Shown here one piece after another: positions 1 through 14,214 of a DNA stretch of 64,000 nt. The stretch's first letter is position 1. Each line of letters starts with the position of its first letter. Source of the DNA: Paraspadella gotoi (Eukaryota; Animalia; Chaetognatha); assembly GCA_051294375.1 (NCBI GenBank), contig CM119263.1:4612126-4676125 (forward strand), read 5' to 3'. The translations under genes were made by a program, and so were the position numbers. The notes below the pieces were generated by a model. It made no database searches. It had not been told where the DNA came from and worked only from the letters and a program-made list of their open reading frames with translations.

Positions 1-734
1 AAAAACCATTTTTGACAAATTTCACATTTTTCTTTCTCTTTTGTATGAGTTCTTTCATGAATTTTTAATCTTCCAGAAATTGAAAAGGATTTGCCACAAA
101 TTTTACATAGATACGGCTTCTCTTTTGTATGTGTTGTAAGATGTCCCTTCAGATCACAAAACCAGTTTTGGCAAAGTTCACATTTATATGGTCTCTCTTT
201 AGTATGAGTTCGAAAATGAATTATTAGTCCTTTTTTTTGTTTGAAGCCTTTTAGACAAATTTTGCATTGATAGTTTTTCTCTTTAGTATGAGTTCGAAAA
301 TGTATTTTAAGGCTTTCAGAGTGTGAAAAGCTTTTTTTACAGATGTCACATGAGAATGGTTTTTCTTTAGTATGAGTTCGAAAATGAATTCTTAGACGTG
401 ATTTTAGTTTGAAGCCTTTTTGACAAGTTTCACATTGATAGTTTTTCTCTTTTGTATGAGTTTCGTAATGTTTTTTAAAGCTCACTGCAGACGAAAAGGT
501 CCTAGCACAAGTTTTACATTTGTGTGGTTTTTCTTTGATAAGATTTTGTTCTGGATTTTGTGTTTGTAAATTTTCTGTGAGACGAAATTCACTTTGATTT
601 CTTTCTTCTTGAGGATATCCATTTTCACAAGATTCCTCCATTTCGTGTTTAGATTCAGATTCAGATTCAGAAGAAGAAAATTCAGCGCAAAAATCACATT
701 CAACTACGATGATTGACTTTGCCGTTTTTCTCAT
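1..734 (-). CDS. C2H2 zinc-finger protein, runs off the window start (at least 6 complete fingers)
   Basis: Open frame absent from the ORF track: MRKTAKSIIVVECDF...NQSEFRLTENLQ...KEKPHKCKTC...HYETHTKEKNYQCETC..., with repeated CxxC...HxxxH and TKEKPY-type linkers down to position 1. Confidence 0.9.
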   Translation of the reverse strand, partial: MRKTAKSIIVVECDFCAEFSSSESESESKHEMEESCENGYPQEERNQSEFRLTENLQTQNPEQNLIKEKPHKCKTCARTFSSAVSFKKHYETHTKEKNYQCETCQKGFKLKSRLRIHFRTHTKEKPFSCDICKKSFSHSESLKIHFRTHTKEKNYQCKICLKGFKQKKGLIIHFRTHTKERPYKCELCQNWFCDLKGHLTTHTKEKPYLCKICGKSFSISGRLKIHERTHTKEKEKCEICQKWF

Positions 735-1938
735 ACAATAAAAGGTTCAATTCTTCAGATGTCGTCCTTTTACAGAATTCGGTGAAGAAAAATTCGCGGT
801 TATCAACTTTTTCTAAAAACAATTTTTCGAAATTCACATGTTTAAAATCGATGTTACAAAAAAATCAAAACGCTATATCAAATTAAAATGTGCATATCGT
901 ATACTTAAAGTCTTAGTTTTTTTTTTAATGTTTTTTTTGTATTGAAGCACCTCGGATAGAATTTTTTTATATTTTTTGTATTTTTATATGTGTATATTTT
1001 TTGGTCGATTTTTTATGGAAGTTTAGATATAAAAGATTTTGTTTTAAGATTCTCAGTGAAATCGCTATGATTTGGCTCTTCATTTAGGAAAAGAGAAACT
1101 GAGCCAAACAACAGCTCCCTCGTGTTTTTTTTCTTTTTCCTTCTTTGCCGACGTCGTCATTTTTATCGTCGTCGTCCACGTCGTCGCCAATCTCTTTGTT
1201 ATCGCCAAAGTTCGAAGCTGGAAAAAAACAAAAGGCAACTGGAGTCTCCAGATTAACTGAAGACGGAAATCGAAAAAAACTATTGTTAAACATTTGAGGA
1301 CAAATCTTGACCAAAAAGTCTGAGAAGTCGACGTCGTCGTCGTCGTCGTCTTATTTGACGTTGTCGTGACTGTCGTCGTCGATATTATCGTCGCTATTGC
1401 TCATGTTAGATGCTCTCACTCTCTCTCATCGTTATTGTTCCTATTGCTAATTAAATCTTTACTAATTGATAATTTATGTCAAAACTCACTATTTACAATA
1501 TTGTACATATTATTTACTGTAAATTGCCTCTCTCGTATGAGCATCTCATTTTCCACGTATTCAATTTATATTTATTCTTGAAATTGAATTATTTTTTACA
1601 AACTGTATAAATTAAATATCCAACCAATCAACAATTTAATAAATAAGGTAACGCGACTTCAACATAATTATTATAGTAATATTGTAATATTTTTTTAAAA
1701 TTGTAATAATTTGAAAATAAAGAATAAAGAATATGACAAAAGTTTTACAGGTCAGTTGTAAATTAATTAGAATGACGATTCTAAAAGGAACTGTGTATGG
1801 TACAAGTATTTCGTCTACGATTTTGTTTTTAAGTAAAAATTTTTAAAAATCTACACAAGTATCGAGTAAGTTTTTTTTTTCTGATAAGATTTACATATTG
1901 TGAAACTGCCACTCATACGTTTTTGACAAATTTTATTT

Positions 1939-3155
1939 TCAGATTGTCTTTTCTTTAGAATGAGTTTTTTTATGATTTCGAAGGTAAATTTCAACTGTGA
2001 AGCTCATAAGACAAATATCGCATTTATATAGTTTTTCTGTGATGTGAACTCGGTGATGTAATTGTAGACCTCTTCTCTGCAAAAAGCGTTTCTGACAGAT
2101 TTCACATTGGTAATTTTTTACCTCAGAATGAAGCTGCTGATGATTTTTAAGAGCGTCTGCTCTTGAAAAACATTTCTGACATATTTCGCAGTGATATGGC
2201 TTTTCCTTTGTATGAGTCATTTTATGCGTCTTAAGATTTGAACTTTGCGCAAAACATTTTTGACAAATTTCACATTTGTACGGTTTTTCTTCAGAGTGAG
2301 TTCTATGATGTGATTTTAGTGAAGATTTAGCTGCAAAACACTTTTCACAAATTTCACATTTAAATGGTTTTTCTTGAGTATGAGTTCGATGATGATATTG
2401 CAAACCTTTTTGATCAGAATAGCATTTTTGACATAGTTCACACTTATATGGTTTCTCTTTTGTGTGAACGCGATAATGAATCTTTAGAGTTCCATTGTGC
2501 GTGAAGCACTTTTGACAAACTTCACATTTGTATTTTTTTCTTTTGTGTGAATTAAATTATGCTTTTTAAGGCAACCTCTTTGTGAAAAGCATTTTTCACA
2601 ATCGTTACATTTGTAGGGTTTCTCGTTTGCATGTTTTTGATAATGAATTTTTCTTTTATCATCAGTAAAAAAATGTTTTTCACAAATATCACATTTGTAA
2701 GGTTTTTCTTTAGTGTGAATTCGATAATGTACTTTTAGACTGGAACTCATTGAAAACCTCCTCTGACAAATATCACATTTGTGAAGTTTTTCTCCGGAGT
2801 GAATGAACAGATGTTTCTTTAAATCTGACGTCGATAAAAAGATTTTTTGACATACATCACATTTGTGTGCTCTTTCTTTAGTATGAGTGAGCAGATGAGG
2901 TTTCAAATTTGAAAAACATTTCTGGCAAAATTCACATCTCTCTAATTTTTTTCCTGTTTGAGTTTGCATATGATCCTTTTGATTTTCTTTGGTGTGAGTT
3001 CTACTATAATGGCGCTTTAGACTTTCTTTCTGTGCAAAGAATTTTTCGCATATTTCACAAATATATGTTTTTTCTTTCGTAGGAGGAGTAACCTGATTCA
3101 AATTTTGTGAATTTTCAGTGAGACGAGATTCGCTTTGATTTTTTACTCCTTCCAT
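1939..3155 (-). CDS. C2H2 zinc-finger protein (about 13 fingers) split by a 1-nt frameshift in an A7 run near 2533-2539; paralogue of the neighbouring gene
   Basis: ORFs 2484..3155 and 1939..2403 join if one A is added at GAA AAA AA(A) TAC AAA TGT, restoring KYKCEVCQKCFTHNGTLKIHYRVHTKEKPYKCELC. The N-terminus NQSESRLTEN matches NQSEFRLTEN of the first gene. Confidence 0.88.
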
Positions 3156-4084
3156 TTTATGAGTTGACGAGTGAAGATAGATCTCAGAATTATTTCATAA
3201 TTCCAGAAGTAATTTAAAAAAATATAGTATCAAAGTTCGTAAAATTTAATTCAGTTTCAGATTGACTTTCCGTTTTTGCTTCTATGAAAATAAAACATTT
3301 CTTATCTTTTTTTTTTCTTTTCTTTTTGAAGATTTTGTTTTCAGTTTCGAACAAAAAATATCAGAGTTTCGAAATGACGTTGGCTTTGTCGTCTTCGTCG
3401 TCGTCGTCCTCGTTTTCGTTTTCGTCGTCGTCGTTGCCGTCGTCGTCGTTTCGCTGTAGTTTGAAGTCCGGAAAGGAACAAACTAGTTTCTACAGATCGA
3501 ATCGAAACCAAAAAGATTCCATTCGATCGCTTTGCATTTTCATCAAAATCTTCATCGAGTAGGAATGAATTTGTCACTGTTAAATATGTATATAGATAAC
3601 AAAATTTTAGCCTAACTATGTTGAAAAGCAAAACTCCTTGACTTCAGAAGGACGCTTGAGATTCATAGCTGAATGACCAATCATCTTCTTTAGACGTAAA
3701 CCTCTCAGCAAATCCCTTCTCTTTGTCTTCTGAAGCCCCACTCCCCCCCCACCCCCTTTGTAGAAAATGTATTTAAATTTCCTATGCCTTTTGGGTCCCG
3801 CGTTCGAGGCGTCGCCCGTTCAAATTAGTACAACGTGAATTTTTGGATAACTATTTTTTTTATTATTATTCGCATTAAATCAAAAACCCGTAAAAAACTT
3901 AAATTCTAACGGACCGACGGTTACAAGATTCGATCTTGAATGAAAATGTATCTGGAAACCAAATATTGAAAATATTGACCTTAAAAAGGCTGCTTCAGTC
4001 ACTAAAATGAACGGTCATTGGATTAGACCGATCTTCTTCATCGTCCTGGTCGTCTTCGTCTTTGTCGTCGATTTCGTCTTAAAT

Positions 4085-4207
<123 letters not shown>

Positions 4208-4673
4208 CTTTAAAGGGAAGAAGACTCTGGAAAGCTGGGAAATCTGAAAGGAGGAGGAGGAGGAGCAGGAGGAGGAGGAGGAGGAGAAGAAGAAGAAAGG
4301 TTTACTTGAGTAAAGGTAAGAAAGTATGACAAAAGAAAATATTATAGAAGACTTAAGACTAAGTATAGAAATTATTTGAAATATATGTAGATAAATTATT
4401 ACTCATTAGTTAATAACTATGTAATAGTTATGGTATAAATTAAACAGGTTAAGTCTTAGACGTAAGTTCATAAATAAAAGTGACAAAACTAAAAAAAAAA
4501 GAAAAAAAGAAACTTAGAATTTAAAGAAAAAATATTCAGGAAAACTTTTTCTTTTTTTTTTGTTAAACTTTTTTTCTTGATTTCTTAGAATTGCGACCAA
4601 AATCTTTTCTCGCTTTTTTGTTGAAAAGAAAATCAAGGAAATGGTTTTCGAGGCGGCCCCAGTTATCCCAACC

Positions 4674-4706
<33 letters not shown>

Positions 4707-4716
4707 GTCATCTCCT

Positions 4717-4770
<54 letters not shown>

Positions 4771-4842
4771 GTTTTCTCTCTCTCAAGCCTCACCCTATGT
4801 TTTTCCCTACTTTAGCGGGAATGAAAAATCTTTGGAAATGTC

Positions 4843-4902
<60 letters not shown>

Positions 4903-6527
4903 CTCTCTCCTCTCTCTTCTCTCTCTCTCTGCTCTCCCTCTCTCACTTTTTCCTTTTCTGCTCTCTCGAATTGAGCAAAAGAGTAGAGGTTTTGTTGTTG
5001 TCTAATTAGGGCACCCTCCCATGCAGCGCTAGCGAGAGTCTCGCGCAATGTGCAGCGCGTCTCGCTTTGCGCTTTAACTTAACAGTTGCCGTTCTCAGCT
5101 CGAGAGTTAGGGGGAGGGCTAGGAGGGCGTAAAAGATTACTTCCTTTTTTTTTTTAGTTTTTGTTTGACTGCTGAAAGTTTTTCTCTTTTTTTTTTAAAC
5201 AAAATCTAAACTGTTGTATTTTTTTTTCACATTCGCTCTTTACTTTGTTGTCGACGAAAAAAAACAAAAGACAGAAATTGTTTTTTTCGCCATTTGACGC
5301 CAGCGCCGCCTACGAGTTTTCTTCGAACAAAGGACCAGGAGACTTTTCCGACATTGACTGGAAAATGGCTTGCGGGATTGTTTCGTAACAAAAAGGATAC
5401 TTTTTTAACTATATTAGGCATGATGTGATACTTAAAGTACACTAAGCCTTTAAATATATGTATTAAGTCACATTTTAAATAGAAATCATTATGAGGATAT
5501 TACCGGCTTTCTATGCCCATTTTACATTTTACACCCCCATGTTCTACAGCCCCAGCGGCGTCACCCCTTCTACAGCCCCATCGGCCTCCCCCTCTTCAAC
5601 AGCCCCAGCATCGTCCTCGGACGCCCTCAGAAGCTTTCTTGATTTACGCTAAAACGAGATGACAGAGTCTAAAGAAAAGAGGGAAGGAGAAGGAGGAGTA
5701 GGCAGGACGGAGGGAGAGGAGAGGAAGAGGAGGAGAAGGAGGAGGAGGAGGAGGGAGACTAAAATAAAAAAGATTACTCGAGCGAAGACGTCAAGAGAAA
5801 GGAAGAAGAAATACTGAGAGAGAGAGGAGAGAGAGAGGAGAGAGAGAGAGAGAGAGAGACGAGAGAGAGAGAGAGAGAGGAGAAGACGAGAGACCGAGAG
5901 AGAGAGAGAGTTAGGAAGGAAAATAATTAGAGAAAAAATGAGAGGCCCGAGCAAAAGGAGTTGGAAGAAAGATTTTAAAAGCTTGCGGAACGTGAGGGAA
6001 GAAGATGAGAGAGAAGAAGAGAAGAAAAGGTGTTAAAAAAAAAAGAAAGTAAAATTGTTAAAAGAAAGTGAAAGTTGATACGAGAGAAAAGTCAAAAGAA
6101 ATGTTTAATAGAGGAGAAAAAAATGAAGAACGGAGTGAACGTAAAGAGATTCAATGAAGAAGAGTAAATAAGGTAAGTTCAAACGGGTGAGTAAAAGAAA
6201 AGATAAGAATTTAAAGAAAAGAGATGAAATAGAGAAAAGAAAAGAATAGAGATCACACAAATTTCAAATGGAACAAAATTTATGTAATGAGAGCGTCATC
6301 AATTTCGTCAGATCGAACGGGAACAGGAGATGCTCGTCCGATACATGGAGTCTGAAGGAGCAAAGAAACTAATTTGTGTGATATTATGAACGTGTGTGGG
6401 CAAGGATTGAGGTTAGATCTGAAAACGGGTGTGAATATTCAGAGGTGAAGTAAAAATAGATTCGTGAACCTAATAGAGAATATTTATAGAAAAGTCGAAA
6501 GAAGAGAGAGAATAATCACGTAATTAG

Positions 6528-6628
<101 letters not shown>

Positions 6629-7419
6629 GTTAATCTCTCTCTTTTTTAGGCTAAAACTGCGCTTTTGTCTTTTTCCATTCGCTTTAATCTCATTTTCTTA
6701 AACTTCTCCTTCACGAGAAAAGTCGGAGAAAAAAACCTCATTAATTTTGCCGAAGGAATTCTCGGAAATTCGAGAAATTCTCGGAAATTCCTCGTTGAAA
6801 ATGAGAGCTCAACATTTTTTTTATTTCACCGCCATTTTGTAAAGTCCTCATTAATCCTAAATTGAAGACCAGTACTGCTATGTAGTCATTTTTATTTATT
6901 CTAGTTATATTTATCTATTTATCCTAAACCGTAAACAATATACAGTTTAACTCAATTTACATGAACCTTCTCTTTTTTGCCAAAAATTATCGACCAAATT
7001 ATGAAAGTTCTGTTAGAGTTTATAAGAAGGAACCGCGTTGTTCCTCTTCCGCAAGGTAAGGTGTAGACATGCGTGGGTTTGGGTGACCATTTGTGGACAG
7101 CTGTGGTCACTGGTCACTGGTCAGGCTTTCGCACTGGGAAGGTATTCCATTTTTTTAAACTGTCGTGACAAAAATATCCTTTATTTCCTCCAATCGATCT
7201 TTCCTTTTTCATTTTTCTTTCTCCTTTTCTTTCCCTTTTCTTCTTTCCTTAACTTACCCTTTACTTACCTTCCCCCCTTATTCACTTCTCAAGGTCACCT
7301 TCTTCTTTTCTTTCCCCGATTTCTTTTGACCTTCAATTATTTTCGTTCGTTTCTATAGATTTCATTTTTTTCTCCTCTCATCGTAGTTTCTCTTTTATAT
7401 CATTTCAAATATCTTCAAC

Positions 7420-7622
7420 CACTCTATCACTTCAGATTTCTTCATCATCTTTCACTTCAGGTGTCTTCATCCTTTCTATCTCTTCAGATGTCTTCATCCT
7501 CTATTACTTCAGATTTCTTAATCCCCTTTATCACTTCAGATGTATTCATCCTATTTATCACTTCAGATATCTTCAACTTCTCTATCACTTCAGATGTATT
7601 CATCCCCTGTATAATTTCAGGT
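7420..7622. repeat. About 27-bp minisatellite (ttcatc...tatcacttcagatgt)
   Basis: About 7 degenerate tandem copies visible. Confidence 0.8.
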
Positions 7623-7637
7623 TTTTTTTTCATTTCC

Positions 7638-7686
7638 TCGTCCCCCGGGCTCGAACTCCGGACCTTTGGATGAGGGGCGATGATCT
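7638..7686 (-). repeat. tRNA/SINE-like fragment (B box only)
   Basis: Minus strand reads GGTCCGGAGTTCGAGCCCGGGGGACGA, a T-arm/B-box pattern; no full cloverleaf. Confidence 0.35.
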
Positions 7687-7731
7687 TTTTAATTGTTTTC
7701 TAAGTTGTTTGGTTTGACATTAATGTCTGAT

Positions 7732-8257
7732 TTATTTGAAATTCTTTTCGACTTTATCGTCGATATCTTCATTGTCTGGTACATTAAATGTTTTCGTCAT
7801 TTTCTTCGTCGTCGTCGTCGTCGTCGTTGTCATTGTCGTCTTCGTCGTCGTCGTCATCGTCTCTGTCATTGTCGTTGATGTCTTCTTCCCCGTCGTCTTC
7901 GTTATTTTCGTCATCATTATCGTCGTCAACATCATCATCATCATCCTTTTTCTCATCATCATCATCGTGGTCGTCATCGTCGTCATCATCGTTGTCCTTT
8001 TCGTCATCATCGTCATCTCTTTCCATCATTTTTCACTTCTGGCGAGACTCAAACTCTTCATCATCTTCGAAGGCCGTCGTCGACAACTTGATTTCGCCTT
8101 CGGCTATCAGCGGCGGCGGTGACAGCGGCGGCGGCGGCGGCGCTGGTGAGGGCGGCGGTGACAACGGCGGCGGCGACGGCCAGGAGGGAGGGGCACTGAC
8201 TTCATTCGTGACATCGAAAGTAACTAATAAAGTTAAAAATAAAGAGATTGTCGTCAT
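7732..8257 (-). CDS. Putative exon(s) of a Pro-rich then Asp-rich protein with a signal-peptide-like start; interrupted frame
   Basis: MTTISLFLTLLVTFDVTNEVSA, then a PPP-rich segment, an in-frame TGA at 8033-8035, then a poly-Asp ORF (7784..8029) in the same frame. Low complexity, so it could be non-coding. Confidence 0.3.
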
Positions 8258-9014
8258 GACTCAAAAAGTTGACATTTATCATATTCGGCATTTATGATAT
8301 TTGGCATTTCTGACACCGCAGTCAGGCTCACAGACTAAGGAGCCGCGTTTTCCCTCGATTTTCCATTCAATTCCACAAAGAGGAAAGATGGAACAACCGA
8401 CTGACAAACAAGCGGCGCCGGCGGTGACCCCGTTTATCAATTTATCTCTTAGATTCACTTTCGTGAGCGGCGCGACCGCTTGGCGCTTCAACCCGGCGCC
8501 GAAGCCGGAAAGAACTGCCGTCGGGCGTCGCGAAAGATTTCTTTCTTTCTCGGAAAAAAGATATTTACATATAATTTTGTATATAATTTTTTTAAAAAAG
8601 TATAAATACACAAATACACAAATTTGAATTCGAACGCGGATATTATATTTTTTATGTTGAAGCTTTATCACTCATTCTTTTTTGTTCTGTTTTTCCCAAA
8701 CTATGAAAATAGATATTATGCTTTATTTACGTAAATGCTGATCTGGTTGTACGTATTTCAACTTCTTTTCTGTGTTTTTAGATACCACGAAAAGATTTTA
8801 TTAACCTTTCTTGTATTGGGCTAGGACAAATAAGGCACCCATCTCCCATTTTTCCCTCCAGTTTTTGCGAAAGAAAGAGAGAGAGAGGAGAGAGAGGAGA
8901 AGAGAGAGAGAGAGAGGGAGAGAGAGGAGAGGAGAGAGGGAAGGAGAGGACGGTGGGGAAAGAGAAAATTGAATTTAGCGGTCTGGAACAGGCTTTTGAG
9001 GAGACGACAGACCG

Positions 9015-9065
<51 letters not shown>

Positions 9066-9103
9066 GAGAGAGAGGGAGGGAGAGAGAGAAAGAGAGAGGA
9101 GAG

Positions 9104-9141
<38 letters not shown>

Positions 9142-9911
9142 AGATGAGAGAAGGAGAGAGAGAGAGAAGAGATGAGAGAGAGAGAGAGAGGAGAGAGAGG
9201 TGGGCTACGGTTAACATTCGTATTTTTGACATCTTCTTGTATAAAGGACATTCGGAAACAACGATAGCGGCGACGGCTGCGGCTGTGGCTGCGGCTGCGA
9301 CGGCGACTGCAGCGGAGGCGGCGGCTGCCGCGGCAGGGGTTTCGTTTTAGCGGCATCGATGACGTAAACTCGATATTTTTCGTGTTAACTGTTGCTATTG
9401 ACACATTTTAAGTTCGCTTCCATTTTAGTTTGGTGAACCAAGCTCACCTTTGTCATCGGGAAACGCGATCTTTGTGGTCCCTTGCATTTTTGTAGTCTCT
9501 TCTTCCCAAAGATTTTTCCCTTTATGGTTTCCTTCAGTTTTTCAGGAGGGTCCTTTCCTTAATTCCCTCTTTGACCTTCGCGGTTCCTTTCCTTTTTCCT
9601 TAATCCGCTGTCCTAACCTTTCTTCGTTTCCTCCTTTACTTACCTTATTTTCTCTTTCAGTCCTCACCCACGCCGGATGGGTCGTGTCGCCGGGCGGCGT
9701 CGTTTCTTTAGAAATCAGCTTCTACGCCATGATTAAAGATGGCGCTATCGGCGTCGTCGTCGTCGTCGACATCGTTGTCCCTGGTTGTACGAAATGAGAT
9801 GCTGATCTTTTGTCATTCAAATTCGGCCGCGCGTCTTTCTTTTGTTGGTGTCGCTGGAGGTGGCTGGGGGCGGTGGCTGCTGCCACAGCTGCCACTTATT
9901 TCACTGCGTCT

Positions 9912-9947
<36 letters not shown>

Positions 9948-10405
9948 TTCCGTCACCGCCAGCCTCGCTATGTCTTGGGCGGATCCCTCGAAAACAGCTG
10001 ACGCGAAGTCAGGAAGGACGGAGAAAATTTCCCTAAGTATTTTACTCGTTTTTTTTTTAAAGAAATAGTATTAAAATGGTACGACTGTAGAATATTTTTA
10101 CAAAAGTGGAATGTGAATAGAATTCCGTCACCGGACGTTTGAAAATCAAGATGGCCGCTCGACGCTCCGTCTTTTTTGAAAAGTTTTTTTTTTTAGTTGG
10201 AATTTCTTTGCTTTTTAAACGAAAAATAAATTTTTCGTTTTATTTCTTTTTATTTTAGATGTTTTTATATTTTTATTTTATTTTTCAGTCTTTCTATAAT
10301 TTTTTTTATTTCTCTTTCTTTCTTTCTTTCTTTCTTTCTTTTTTTCTTTTTTTCTTTTTTTCTTTTTTTCTTTTTTTCTTTTTTTCTTTATTTATTTATT
10401 TTTTT

Positions 10406-10438
<33 letters not shown>

Positions 10439-10441
10439 TTT

Positions 10442-10517
<76 letters not shown>

Positions 10518-10675
10518 TAAATTTTGTATTCCATTATTTCTTTCTTTCTTCCATTTTCTTTATATCTTCATTTCTTTCTTTTTTTCTTTCTCTTTAGTCG
10601 TCTTCTCTTTTGTTTTTGTTTCCTCGTTTTTTTTCTTCCTCCAAATCCGAAAGAAGGACAGAGAAATTCATCTCC

Positions 10676-10734
<59 letters not shown>

Positions 10735-10910
10735 GCTCTTCTCTCTCTCTCTCTCCTCTGCTCACTCTTTTCTCCACCAATGTTCTGCTCCTTTTAGTGT
10801 TCGTGATTTCCTTGAGAATTTTTCTGGATGTCAGTAACCACTTTTTTGAAAGAGAGAAGCGAAAGAGAGAGAGAGAGAGAGAGACGAGAGAGAGAGAGAG
10901 AGACGATGAG

Positions 10911-10944
<34 letters not shown>

Positions 10945-12183
10945 GAAGACTCTCTCCTGCTCGGAGAAAACTTCCAAAGGACTGACGAAGGGTCAAGACT
11001 GAGGGTCATGACCTTTCCATCACGAGGAAGATTGGACCGACTAACCTTTTCCCCACAAAACCTTTTCTCCCTTGAGCCACTCTGTCTCCTAACCCTTTTT
11101 CGTGCCCCCCTCCGTTGTACGCCTCTCGTTTTACTCACCCCCAAATAAGAAGAGCAAAAGCATATTAAGCTTCTCTTTGGTATAGAAAAGAATGACTTGA
11201 GCTGATCTTTTAAGTATATTGTGAAAAAGAATTATTATTTTTTATGATTTTAAGGATTAACTTAATTCTCTTTAAACATTTAATAAGAATAATATGAGAC
11301 GTAAAATCTGCAATTTTTTTTCTCACTAAATTTGAAATAAAATTGTCATAAACGCTACCGGCTCTCTCCAAAACAACAAAGAAATTTGATTTTGCTTTTT
11401 TAATCTTTTTTAATCATTTTCTGTAGAAGTTTTCATATTGTTTTCTGTTAATGTTTTATGTTGTTTTTTTGTTTCTTTAAATATTTTTTTTCTTTTTTTT
11501 TCTCCAAAAATATCTTAGTTTCATTTCCCAGTTTTTCTTTTCGAAAACATTTTATTTCCTTCTACTAGAAAGTCACTAGAAGTTCCAGTGACTTTTCTAA
11601 TTTTCTTGTCTTTTTTCGCTGATCGATTTACGGGATTTACTTATTTTCTTTTCTTTTTTCTTTTCTATTTTTTTCTTCGCTTTTTTTAATCTAAACATAA
11701 AAAATCCCTCTTTTTTTTCGCTTTTCGTCTCTCGCTGAGCCATCTGTCAGTCTTCAGAGAAGGAGGCCTGATTTAATTTCTTCTCTTCTCTTCTATTCTC
11801 CTCTCTTCTCTTCTTCTCTTGTTCTCTTCTTCTCTTCTCTTCTCTTCTCTTCTCTTCTCTTCTCTTCTCTTCTTTTCTTTTCTTTACTCTTGTCTTCTTG
11901 TATTCTCTTGTCTTCTTCTCTTCTATTCTCTTCTCTTTTCTTCTCTTCTCTGTCTGTCAGTCTTCAGAAAATGAGGCTTGATTTATTCTTTTCTTTTCTC
12001 TTTTCTCTTTTCTCTTTTCTCTTTTCTTCTATTCTTTTCTCTTCTCTTCTCTTCTCTTCTCTTATCCTATCTTATTCTATCTTATCCTATCTTATCTTAT
12101 CTTATTGTCTTCTTTATTTTGGTTATTTAGTATAGTAGCCTGAATTATAGATGATATTGATTATTGATTATACATTATCTTAT

Positions 12184-12215
<32 letters not shown>

Positions 12216-12336
12216 TATCTTATCGTCTCTATATTTTGGTTATTTAGTAAAGTATTATGAATTCTAGATGATATTGATTGCAAACTGTCCACTTTCATTC
12301 GATTGATGATGTAGTAACCCTGCAGAGGATTCAGTA

Positions 12337-12432
<96 letters not shown>

Positions 12433-12529
12433 ATCCTCACTTCCTCTTGTCATTTACGCCCACTTTCACAAATTGGCGCCTCCTTCTCTTCTTCAATCGT
12501 CCACGCCCCATCTACCCCGCCCCCTTTGC

Positions 12530-12600
12530 TCCAGTGACGTCACGCGCGGCCCGCGGAGACACGCGCGACCAAAGTCGTCACGTGACACGGCGTCGTTTCC
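12530..12600. promoter_or_regulatory. CpG-rich patch with CRE (TGACGTCA) and E-box (GTCACGTGAC) palindromes
   Basis: Motifs lie in a short GC-rich island inside microsatellite DNA, upstream of the membrane-protein exons. Function is inferred. Confidence 0.3.
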
Positions 12601-13334
12601 ATGACGACAATGAAGCGCGTGACCCACGAGGTCGCGCTTTCGATCGCCACACTTTTAAGCCTCACCGTCCTTTTTTTTCTTGATACTTTCCCAAAAACCC
12701 TTACCCCTTTTCCGTTATTTTTTTCTTTTTCCTTTCCTCTTTCTTTCCTTTTTCTTTTCTTTTCTTTCCTCCGTCGCTTCTCACCTCTTTCCGTTCTTTT
12801 CTTGCCTCTCCGGTTTTGGTTCTCTCCTTTTGTTTTCCTTCCACTTCTCTTTCTCGTCCTTCTTTATTTTCTTTTTTCTTTTTTCTCTTTCCTTTCCTCC
12901 CTTTTTTCTTTGTTATTGTTTCCCTCGACCGTTTCCTTTCCTCTTTATTTTCATAATTTTCTCAGTTTTGTTTTGTCCTTATCCTCTTCTTTTCTAACTC
13001 TTTCCTCTTCTCTTTCCTTCATCTCTCTCTTTTCTTTTCTCTCTCTCCTCTTTCCCTTCCTCTCTCACTTCTTTTCTTTCCTCCCTCCCTTCTTTTCTTT
13101 CCTTTCTCTCTTCTTTCCCTTCCTCTCTCTCTTCTTTTCTTCCTTTCTGGCCAAGAAGAAAATTCAAGATGGCGTTCCCTCGAGTCGACAAACTGTAGAG
13201 GCGTCCCTCCGCTCTTTTCTTCTTTTTTTTTCTTCTTCTTTTTTTTTCATTTTTTTTCCTCTTTTAACTTTGTATCTCTTCTTCTTTAGTTGTTCCTTGC
13301 CTTTACATTTGTATCTTATTCTACTTATACTTAA

Positions 13335-14214
13335 GGGGACCAAGTGAACAGGGGGGTAAAAAGCTGAAAACATAACGTTTGACCCTTTAACTTAAGCTGG
13401 TTCTGATCATATAATTTTTTCTTCTATAATCATTTGGAAAGTAGTTAAAAAATTCGATAAAATCAGCGAGCTTAATTTTCTTTAAAAAATCGGTAAGAAG
13501 AAAAATCTTTTCAAGTTTAAATTTTTTTTTTTTTAAAAGGGTAAGATCTAATTTTAAAAAGATTTTCAGCTTTATTACAAAAATTTATAAGAAAAAAAAA
13601 CTAGGAATGAATCAAAATTTAAGGTATCGACTGATTTTATTTAAACTTTCTTTTCAAATGATTCTGTTAATTGGATGAAAATAAAACTCTTTGAAGTAAT
13701 ATAAAATATAAAAAGAAGAGAAAGATTCTGTACTTTTGCTAAATTTTTAATTGTTATAATTAGGAATCAATATAGTTTAATTATACATTTAAGGGATGAA
13801 TATGAATATTAACTAATAATTATTACAGTTTTGTTTCTGTAAGAATAGAATTTAGGTTTGATTTGTCTGCCTTTTAAATAAATATAAAAAATAAAAAATA
13901 TTAGTCTTGTATAGCCTTTGTTCAATGAGGCTTAAACCTAAAATTATAGCTTTGTACAGTAAAAAATAAAAAATTGGAATTTAGTAAAAAAATACTTTCT
14001 AATGCAAAAATAAAATAATGGATTATATAAATATTTAGGTAGGGTCAACTAAATTTTTTTTTCATAATTATTAAATTTTTGTTTCCGCTACAATAAGAGA
14101 TAGGAATTTTTTTGCCACTTTCCCGTGCAAAGAAAAATTAATGACTATCACCATTCAAATTCCTTTGATGATAGACCCTTAAGCTTATGATATCATTTTT
14201 ATCACTGGGTCCCC
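13335..14214 (+). mobile_element. Non-autonomous DNA transposon (MITE, about 880 bp), Kolobok-like
   Basis: TIRs GGGGACCAAGTGA / TCACTGGGTCCCC (12 of 13 match), left flank TTAA and right flank TAA. A near-identical inverted copy lies at 56212-57094. Confidence 0.88.

Noticed and set aside
2525-2545. Programmed -1 frameshift (A AAA AAT) in the zinc-finger gene
   Set aside because: It looks like a slippery site, but a similar one-base-short A run breaks paralogue A near 31507 and the repeat copies differ mostly at homopolymers, so sequencing error is the simpler explanation.
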